Assembly (NCBI GenBank): GCA_026397315.1
Contig: JAPLVC010000002.1
Span: forward strand, 59,994-123,993
Reading direction: 5' to 3'
Length of the DNA stretch: 64,000 bases
DNA from: Candidatus Aenigmatarchaeota archaeon
Lineage (GTDB): Archaea; Aenigmatarchaeota; Aenigmatarchaeia; QMZP01; QMZT01
The translations under genes were made by a program, and so were the position numbers. A model generated the notes under the pieces. The model searched no databases and was not told the origin of the DNA. It saw only the letters and a program-made list of their open reading frames with translations. Below, piece after piece: positions 56,509 to 64,000 of this stretch. Positions within the stretch are counted from its first letter, which is position 1. Each line of letters begins with the position of its first letter.

Positions 56509-57810
56509 TTATGCGATTTCCCCGTAGCCGACGAGACGCCATCGAGCCGAGAAAAGCTTGGATATCGCGACCTTCTCTCCCTTGTCCGCGCACAGCGGAC
56601 TCTTCAGGACGACGTCTATCTCTCCCGGCCTGCCGGAGACGACGGAACCTGTCGTTCTCATCGTAGCCAGCGTGACCAGCAGCACGTCGCCGGTCTTTAT
56701 GCCACCAGCGTCTGTCTGGACGCCCACGACCCTTTTCAGAAGAGTCGTTTTCATCTTCAGTTTGCTCACGACCGGCGGCAGCTTTCCCGGAACGCTTGCC
56801 ACGCTTCCGGAAAGGGAATCGGATTTGGTCAAGTATGGATCCAGTGTCGTCGAAACGCCTGCAAGGCCGCCAGGGCCTATCTCGTCCAGGTTCTTGCCGG
56901 CCTTCTGCATGCTCGTTATCTTGGTCTTGACGGGTTCGTATTTGTCCTTCACCTTGACGCCCGGCTTTATCTCTAACTCGTCGCCTATTTTGAGCTTGCC
57001 TTGAATAAGGGAACCGCCTATGACGCCGCCCTGCAGCTTCTCTATCAAAGTGCCGGGTTTGTTGACGTCGAATGAGCGTGCTATGAGGAATTTCGGCGTT
57101 TTATTCGGGTCTCGCTCAGCCGGCTTCATGACGTGGTCTATCGTTTCCAGAAGCGCGTCGAGGTTGACCCTCTGCCTTGAAGAAATGGGAATTATCGGGG
57201 CGTTTTCAGCAATCGTCCCCTTGATGAAGTTCTTTATCTGCTGGTAATTGGCGAGCGCCTGCTCCTTTGTCACCAGGTCGATCTTCGTCTGGACTATGAT
57301 TACCTTGCTTATGCCCGTTATGTTGAGCGCCACGAGATGCTCGTACGTTTGTGGTTGAGGGCATTCCTCGTTGGCAGCTATGACCAGCAGCGCGCCGTCC
57401 ATCAGGGACGCGCCTGACAAAACCGTGGCCATCAGCGTCTCGTGGCCGGGCGCGTCGACAAATGAAATCGTGCGCACGGGCTCGCCCGCCGAGAAGCAGT
57501 TTATGCATTTTTTATTTGTGGAGTATGCCTTTGCATCTTTGCACTTCGGGCATTTGTAAAGCGTGATGTCAGCGTAGCCGAGACGGATCGAGATGCCTCG
57601 TTTTATCTCTTCAGAATGCGTGTCCGTCCATTTCCCGGTGAGCGCTTCGGTGAGAGTCGTCTTGCCGTGGTCCACGTGGCCGACTATGCCTATGTTAAAA
57701 TCAGGTATCAATCGCGGGTCGGCTTTTTCCGCCTTCCCGTGACTTTCGCTTTTTTCCGGCTTGCCTGCCTTCTCGTGCTTTTCAGTTTTTTCAGCTATCA
57801 GAACCACCAT
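56509..57810 (-). CDS. eif2g: Translation initiation factor 2 subunit gamma
   Basis: GHVDHGKTT, HSEE..RGISIRLGY, Zn ribbon, DAPGHE, TKID, WRLVGYG. Confidence 0.97.
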   Translation of the reverse strand: MVVLIAEKTEKHEKAGKPEKSESHGKAEKADPRLIPDFNIGIVGHVDHGKTTLTEALTGKWTDTHSEEIKRGISIRLGYADITLYKCPKCKDAKAYSTNKKCINCFSAGEPVRTISFVDAPGHETLMATVLSGASLMDGALLVIAANEECPQPQTYEHLVALNITGISKVIIVQTKIDLVTKEQALANYQQIKNFIKGTIAENAPIIPISSRQRVNLDALLETIDHVMKPAERDPNKTPKFLIARSFDVNKPGTLIEKLQGGVIGGSLIQGKLKIGDELEIKPGVKVKDKYEPVKTKITSMQKAGKNLDEIGPGGLAGVSTTLDPYLTKSDSLSGSVASVPGKLPPVVSKLKMKTTLLKRVVGVQTDAGGIKTGDVLLVTLATMRTTGSVVSGRPGEIDVVLKSPLCADKGEKVAISKLFSARWRLVGYGEIA

Positions 57811-57879
57811 CGAATATGATGAATATATGCGTCTTGGTTTATAAAAGCGATTTTTAAATGCTTAATTCAATTTAAAAAT

Positions 57880-58644
57880 ATGGTCGATTATCTTAAGGCA
57901 CTTAAGAGACCATTTAGCGACTTGGATAAATTTATTGTCGGAATCATTCTTAACTTACCTATACCACTTGTAAAATTAGTTTCCAATACCATCGTGCAGG
58001 GATACGTGTTGAGATGCGGCAGGACGGCATACGAAAAAAAATACGAATTGCCATCATGGAAAGACGTAATACAATTGTGGATTAGAGGCTTCTTGTCAGG
58101 ATTGATTGCTTTGATTTATTCATTGCCATCATTAATTATTTTATTTTTCTTTTTACCGACTATATTAAATGATGTTGTCTCGGATCCGTTTAACGTGCTA
58201 TACAACACAATTAACCCATTTTACTTCATTAACACATATGGTTATGCAATTGTGATTGCATGGCTATTTTCACTGATTACATCATATATTATTCCCGTAG
58301 CTTTAATGAGATGGACTGTCGAGGATGATATTAAAAATGCTTTTGAATTGCGAACAATATTTGAAAATGTTTTGACAAAAAAATACATCGTTGTACGGTC
58401 AATCACACTGCTGATAACCTATGCCGCTGTAATTCTATTTTTAGCCATAAACTTTGCCATATTTGGAGATGTGAAAAATACAACGACTTGGAACACCGTA
58501 TCCTTACTACTCCCTGCAATCGGCATCTTGGTGATTTCTTCGATAAAAGATTACATCATATCCATATTTAGTTATTCGCTTTATGGCGATGTCTTAGGAG
58601 AAATAAAAAAAGATGGACGTGAACATTCGAGAAAACCTAAATGA
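57880..58644 (+). CDS. DUF4013-like membrane protein, AT-rich
   Basis: ALKRPF, GY..R....LPSW, multiple TM helices. Confidence 0.8.
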   Translation: MVDYLKALKRPFSDLDKFIVGIILNLPIPLVKLVSNTIVQGYVLRCGRTAYEKKYELPSWKDVIQLWIRGFLSGLIALIYSLPSLIILFFFLPTILNDVVSDPFNVLYNTINPFYFINTYGYAIVIAWLFSLITSYIIPVALMRWTVEDDIKNAFELRTIFENVLTKKYIVVRSITLLITYAAVILFLAINFAIFGDVKNTTTWNTVSLLLPAIGILVISSIKDYIISIFSYSLYGDVLGEIKKDGREHSRKPK

Positions 58645-59098
58645 GCTCCACCGGCATGCGTTTCGCCTTGGGCAGCTGGTTCTTTATGTCGCCGTTGCGC
58701 AGCAGCCCGCATCCCAGCGGGAAGCCGTTATATTTGATTATAACATAGCCGTCTGAGCATGCGTTTTCCTTGGCCATGATGTCGAATCCCGCCATGTAAT
58801 CTTTCGCCTTGTTTCTATCGACGTGCACTATGCCTTTCGTCGCGCGGGCGCCGAACATCTGTATCATCATCGACGTCGGCTTCGTCGCGCCATCGAAGCG
58901 CATGAATGGCAGGCTTGCGGACATTATGTTGTTGCGGTTGCAGAAGACGGCGTTGCGCTCGTTCATCGCGAATATCTTGCCCTTGCCGTTGTCCATGAAC
59001 TCGAGGCCTTCGAACGCGTTTCTTGGAATGCCGAACCTGTTCTCCATAAACTCGAGCATTGCTTCAGCTTCCTTTGGCCGTATTGGTGCGAGTTTCAT
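58637..59098 (-). CDS. PUA/pre-PUA partner of the m5C RNA methyltransferase (RsmF C-terminal/NIP7-like)
   Basis: RFGIP, KPTS..QMFG, GYVII..LGCG..IKNQLPK; ATGA overlap with the methyltransferase. Confidence 0.78.
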   Translation of the reverse strand: MKLAPIRPKEAEAMLEFMENRFGIPRNAFEGLEFMDNGKGKIFAMNERNAVFCNRNNIMSASLPFMRFDGATKPTSMMIQMFGARATKGIVHVDRNKAKDYMAGFDIMAKENACSDGYVIIKYNGFPLGCGLLRNGDIKNQLPKAKRMPVELI

Positions 59099-60039
59099 GA
59101 CATTCCCTCCTTCGGTTTCCTTATCTTTGCCACGAAGAAGCCGCCCGTGTCGCTGTGATGCGGCCAGACTCTAGCGGCTTTCGCCACGTCGCTAGCGAAC
59201 GTTCTGTCTTTCCACGCCTTCACGGTTCCGGACAATTTCAAACCCTTGACTTCAATCCTTTCGAGTTTGCAATCGCTTTTTGATAACAAGTAATCCACCA
59301 CGCCTTCGTTCTCTTCTGGAGCGAAGGTGCACGTCGAGTAAACCATGAGCCCGCCGGGCCTGAGCATTTCGTAGCATCTGGTAATCATATGTTTCTGCAG
59401 CCCGGAGGTCGATATTATCTCTTTTTCGTTCCACCTTGAAAGGACTTCGCGGTTTTTGCGTATCGTCCCTTCGGACGAGCAGGGCGCGTCCAGCAGGATG
59501 CAGTCGAACTGCATGTCCGTCTTGAAGAAGCGGATGTCGTGGTTGACGACCGCGACGTTCATGCAGCCCAGCTTTTCGAGGTTGTGCTTGATTATTTTCA
59601 GTCGGTTGAACGCGGCATCGTTAGCCACGATAAGGCCGCGGTTTTTCATGAGCGCGGACAGCTGCGTTGTTTTCGAGCCCGGCGCAGCGCATGCGTCGAG
59701 GACCGTCATGTCAGGGTTTGCCTTAATCTCTTCTTTCAGCATGAGCGGCGGGAGCATGGAGACCAGCTCCTGTATGTAAATGTGACCCATGAAGTGTTCC
59801 AGCGTCGCTCCCGTCTTGTCGCTTGGCGTGACGAAGGCGTCGTCGCTCCACGCGACATTCATCGCCTCGATGCCATAGCCTTGCAGCCGCTCCAGGACTT
59901 TATCGACGTCGGCTTTCAGCGTGTTCACTCGAAACGCCTTGGGCAGCGGCCTGCTAAGCGAGGCGAAAAACGCTTCCGGGTCGTCTACTATCGCTGCGTA
60001 TCGCTCCCGAAACCTTTGCGGTATGTTAAAATGAACCAT
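59095..60039 (-). CDS. RsmB/NOP2/NSUN family RNA m5C methyltransferase
   Basis: RVNTLK, YIQE, DACAAPGSKT, DAPCS, YSTCT..EENE, GFFVA. Confidence 0.95.
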   Translation of the reverse strand: MVHFNIPQRFRERYAAIVDDPEAFFASLSRPLPKAFRVNTLKADVDKVLERLQGYGIEAMNVAWSDDAFVTPSDKTGATLEHFMGHIYIQELVSMLPPLMLKEEIKANPDMTVLDACAAPGSKTTQLSALMKNRGLIVANDAAFNRLKIIKHNLEKLGCMNVAVVNHDIRFFKTDMQFDCILLDAPCSSEGTIRKNREVLSRWNEKEIISTSGLQKHMITRCYEMLRPGGLMVYSTCTFAPEENEGVVDYLLSKSDCKLERIEVKGLKLSGTVKAWKDRTFASDVAKAARVWPHHSDTGGFFVAKIRKPKEGMS

Positions 60040-60101
60040 ATTTGGTTAATTCTAAATTCAATTTAAATAAATCTTAAAAGACAGGAAAACTAATTTTCTA
60101 C

Positions 60102-62453
60102 ATGATTACGCGGGTCAAGATGGTCAACTGGAAGTCGCATCTCGATTCGGAACTCAAGTTCTCTAAAGGCGTCAACGCGCTGATAGGCATAATGGGCTCC
60201 GGCAAGACGAGCGTCATGCAGGCAATCGCTTTCGGGCTTTTCGGCACGTTTTCCGCGCTCGGCTCGAAGAAGCTGGCGCTCGACGACCTCGTCATGTCAA
60301 AGCCGCACAAGAAGCAGCACGCGATGGTGGAAGTAGAGTTCACTGTAGGCGACGGTGGCAATAAATACATGGTGCGCAGGACGATAGAGCGGGAGAAAGG
60401 GACTGTCGCCGCCGAGATACGCGAGGACGGCAAGCTGCTCGAAGTCAGCCCGCAGGGCGTGACGCGCGAAGTCGAACGCGTCCTCCAGATGGACTACGAC
60501 CTGTTCCAGCGCGCTATCTATTCTGAGCAAAACGCACTCGATTACTTCCTCCAAATCCCAAAGGGCAAGCGCATGCAGCAGATCGACGAAATGCTCAAGC
60601 TCGACCGCTACGAGAAGGCGAGGGAGTCAGCAGTTTCGATAAAGAACAACATACTGGCAAGGCGCAAGGAAATGGTGCGTGTGGTCGAGGACCTGAAGAC
60701 GCGCAAGCTCGACGAGAAGTTGGTCGCGCTAGAGAACGAAATAAAGAAGCTGGACGAGGAGAAGCGAGACCTCGACAAGACTCTCGGCTCTCTTGAAAAG
60801 GAAAGGAAGAAACTGTCCGAGAACGTCGTCCAATACGAAGCGTCGCACGACATGCTTAACGAAGCGGTAAGAAAGAGCGAATCGCTTTCGTCGCGCCTGG
60901 ACGAAATGAAGCGACAGGCGAACATGAAGAGGAAAAAACTCGGCGCGGCCAAAGCCGACCCCGAGTCGCTGAAGGCCATGGCGTCCGAGATAACGAAACT
61001 CGAGACTGCGCTCGCCGACGACGTGAGAGAAGTCCGCATTCTCAGGGAGACGCTTTCGCTCATGAACGGCAAGATGCTCTTCCTGCGCGACCAGATGAAG
61101 GATACGAAAGCGAAGCTCGCCGGTGTGAAAGGCAAGGACAGGCGGCTCAAAATACTGGGCAAGACGCTTGGAAGCGACCCGGAAAAGAAGATGACTATCA
61201 TGCTCGAAGGCGTGGAGGCAATCAAGAAGACGCTTTATGCGCTCATGGCCGAGAAGACTGAGATGGAAAAGAGCCTGTCCGACCTGAAGCGCGCCGGGGA
61301 CAAATGCCCGGTCTGCGACTCACATCTCGAAGACGAGAAGAAGAAGGATCTCATGGGTCATCGCATGCAGCATATCGTCGACGTAGACCTCAGGATACGC
61401 GAGACCAAGGAGAAGCTGACCGGCGAAAGCGCCAAGAGCGAGGAGTTCAGGAAAAACGTCCTTGAGCATGCGGAACTCAAACGCGACCTCAAGGATTTCG
61501 ATTTCCTTACAACCAGGATGAGGGACGGCACCTCCAAACGAAAGCTTCTGGACAGCGAGATAAAGACGGTCGTGTCACAGATACGCGCGCAAGAGCGCAA
61601 GGAGAAAGCTTCGAGAAAGGCGCTCGATAAGCTTAAGCTGGCGAAAGAGCGCTCGGAAGACGTTCTCAAGGAGCGCGGTTCGCTCGAAACGCTGCTGAAA
61701 GAGATGGAGTCGGCTGAGAGACATCTGGACGAGGCGGCGAAGCAGAAGAAAGCGCTCGAGAAAAAGCTCTCAGGCAAGGACATAAAAGTAATGAGAAGCG
61801 AGCTCCAGGAAACAATCGCTAGGTCGAGAGGCATCGAGGCGAAACTGACCGGCATCTCGCAGAGAGTGCAGGAAAAGAAGGCCGGCGCCAAAGAGATAGA
61901 AGAGCAGGCGAGCACGCTCGCTAAATACAAGAAGGACATCGAGAACTACGCCAGCATATCGGAGTCGATGGATGTATTTGTCAACGTCCTGCGCAGCACG
62001 CAGGACCAGCTAAGGGACGAGTTCCTCAAGACGGTCAACTTCATAATGAGCCAGATATGGGGCGAGCTTTACCCATACGACGATTTCAGCGAGGTTCGTT
62101 TGCTAGTCGACAAGGATTATGTTTTGCAGCTCAAGAGCAGGAAAGAATGGATGAACGCAGATATTGTTTCAGGCGGCGAGCGGTCGCTGGCGTGCCTCGC
62201 ATTGCGCATAGCCTTCGCGCTCGCGTTCACTCCCAACCTCCGCTGGCTCATCCTCGACGAGCCGACGCACAACCTCGACAGGAGCGCGATAGAGCATTTC
62301 GGTTCCGTCCTTAAGGACAGGATGGAGAACATCATAGACCAGGTCTTCCTCATCACACACGAGGAGCGCCTGTCCGATTACATAACAGGCTCGACATATC
62401 ATCTAACGAGGGACAAGGAAAGCGACGGCGTGACGAGAATGGCCGAAGTCTGA
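60102..62453 (+). CDS. rad50: DNA double-strand break repair ATPase Rad50
   Basis: Walker A GIMGSGKTS, Q-loop, coiled coil with central CPVC zinc hook, SGGE signature, LDEPT, ITH. Confidence 0.88.
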   Translation: MITRVKMVNWKSHLDSELKFSKGVNALIGIMGSGKTSVMQAIAFGLFGTFSALGSKKLALDDLVMSKPHKKQHAMVEVEFTVGDGGNKYMVRRTIEREKGTVAAEIREDGKLLEVSPQGVTREVERVLQMDYDLFQRAIYSEQNALDYFLQIPKGKRMQQIDEMLKLDRYEKARESAVSIKNNILARRKEMVRVVEDLKTRKLDEKLVALENEIKKLDEEKRDLDKTLGSLEKERKKLSENVVQYEASHDMLNEAVRKSESLSSRLDEMKRQANMKRKKLGAAKADPESLKAMASEITKLETALADDVREVRILRETLSLMNGKMLFLRDQMKDTKAKLAGVKGKDRRLKILGKTLGSDPEKKMTIMLEGVEAIKKTLYALMAEKTEMEKSLSDLKRAGDKCPVCDSHLEDEKKKDLMGHRMQHIVDVDLRIRETKEKLTGESAKSEEFRKNVLEHAELKRDLKDFDFLTTRMRDGTSKRKLLDSEIKTVVSQIRAQERKEKASRKALDKLKLAKERSEDVLKERGSLETLLKEMESAERHLDEAAKQKKALEKKLSGKDIKVMRSELQETIARSRGIEAKLTGISQRVQEKKAGAKEIEEQASTLAKYKKDIENYASISESMDVFVNVLRSTQDQLRDEFLKTVNFIMSQIWGELYPYDDFSEVRLLVDKDYVLQLKSRKEWMNADIVSGGERSLACLALRIAFALAFTPNLRWLILDEPTHNLDRSAIEHFGSVLKDRMENIIDQVFLITHEERLSDYITGSTYHLTRDKESDGVTRMAEV

Positions 62454-62499
62454 TATCTAAGTTTGATATAATTAATATTAAAAACGCAAATACTATAAT

Positions 62500-64000
62500 A
62501 TGAAAAATATGAAAAGGTTATTTCTGGCCGCTATTTTTCTGGTCTTTGTGTTATTGTTGCCTTTACATGCAAGTGCCTCGGACAATAACGCTCAGTTCGT
62601 TTCGCAGTCTGTTCCGAGGGGAAATACGATTTATTATAGCCCTAAATGGCCTGAAATCAGTAGAATAATGCTGGCAGACAACGAACAGGTCCTGCCAGGA
62701 GCGACAAAAACATTTTCCTTTAATGCGACTGCGCCGGTTTCGCCAGGCAATTATAACTTCCAATGGAGGATGGTGAAAGAAGGCGTAGAATACTTCGGAA
62801 ACCTAACTCCGAACATGGATATAAAGGTGAACGCCGCTCCGCCTATACCAGGGAAGATAATGATAAGGACTGTTAATGGCGTTCCGGAATTCTATGAAAG
62901 TGTAATAGGAAGCCTTGATAAAGATGAGGAATGATGGATACAATACAGTCCGTGTTCTTTTGAGCTATACCGGATTACAGCAAAACCAGACTCAGCCCGG
63001 GCTCGATGCGACTTACATGAATAATTTCAAAGATTTCTTAGGGCTGGCAAAAAATAACAATATGAAAGTGATCATAACAGCATCCCGCCCAAGGAATTAC
63101 AAACCCATCGCGGATCAAGTACCGTATCCTTCTAACATGCCTTATGTTCTCGGGAACCCGAACATACAGTTCTTACATCAGGGGACGATTATTGCATATA
63201 AACAGTTCTGGAGAGATTTGATAAACAATATCAAAGGGACAGACCCGGCACTTCTTGATGCGGTATTCGCGTATGAGATTTGGAGCGAGCCACTCTTCAA
63301 TCATAATCTCCCGCCATTTTCATTGGGCAGCGGCACAATAACTGTCGCAGAAGGCGGAACATATGACATATCAGATGCGCAGCAAATGACTGCGATGGAA
63401 GATAACAGCATAGCGTATTTCGCAAACCAAATTTACGATGCAATCAGACCAGTCGATCCCCAAACACTCATTACCGTTGGCGTATGTTGCCCAGGTACCC
63501 AATTCGCGCGCTTGCTAGCAGTTGATAAATCAAAAGTTGATTATCTTGATATCCACCTATATCCTGGTGATGGTGGTGATGGTAGCACTTCACTTGAAAG
63601 ATTGAATCGTTTTCTTGCAGCTGCAGAGATAGAGAAGAGAGACAAGTCGAGGCCTATCATAGCAGGTGAGTTCGGGGTGACTTATCAAACGTATCCGACC
63701 TCGACTGAGGCGACTGCTGCAGCTGTTGAGATGCAGACAGTCACATGCAGCAAAGGCTTTAGCGGATGGATGCTCTGGACATGGGACACATTCAGCAACG
63801 AGCAACCGACCCCAAATACTTCTTCATTCCGGTCCGCACTCGCGGAGAATGAAACCCTGAACAAAGTGCTCGCCCCGATATACAGACCTGATCCGTGCAG
63901 CAATACTACCTGCGATGATTGTCAGAACTCAGACGTATTCCTCAAAATGAATCTCGACAACAACCTTTCTATAGGAGAGACTGCCACCAAAGCCGTGGAC
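62500..64000 (+). pseudogene. Frame-disrupted secreted GH5-like glycoside hydrolase with N-terminal NBR1/Ig-like domain; runs off the window
   Basis: 62500-62934 encodes signal peptide plus Ig-like FNATAP..PGNYNFQWRMV; the +1 frame (62909 to window end) encodes GYNTVRV, YEIWSEP, DIHLYP, AGEFG, GWMLWTW. Confidence 0.75.

Overview
This is 64 kb of archaeal chromosome: Rpo10, aIF2-gamma, an archaeal histone, fibrillarin/Nop5, PolB, GGGP synthase and tRNA introns with bulge-helix-bulge (BHB) motifs. The gene style and non-canonical tRNA introns suggest a DPANN-like lineage such as Aenigmatarchaeota, which is an inference. Most of the window is housekeeping and metabolic: split transketolase, gyrBA, a polyamine cluster (SpeD-SpeE fusion, second SpeD, SpeE, PdaD, SpeB), ileS, gap/pgk, scpA, cysteine synthase, ftsZ, a group 3b [NiFe]-hydrogenase operon, an orphan DNA methyltransferase, an m5C RNA methyltransferase, rad50 and a broken GH5 gene at the right edge. 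All three tRNA genes carry introns (four in total). I saw no CRISPR array, rRNA or transposase. The standout is the 5' region of the cysteine synthase gene. It holds two tandem units, each with a TATA box, a leaderless micro-ORF ending in a cysteine cluster (MVKKKSAKKKESGCSCC*; MTTVNGITEKRTLARNFSSCCCRC*), and a CACCGGTTT/T-tract 20-21 nt after the stop. A third Cys-ending micro-ORF (MKKGERLC*) occupies the Shine-Dalgarno site and overlaps the cysteine synthase start. This looks like a cysteine-sensing leader-peptide attenuation system in an archaeon. The second highlight is a tRNA-Met intron that appears to encode a K-turn (C'/D') guide aimed at C34 of its own tRNA.
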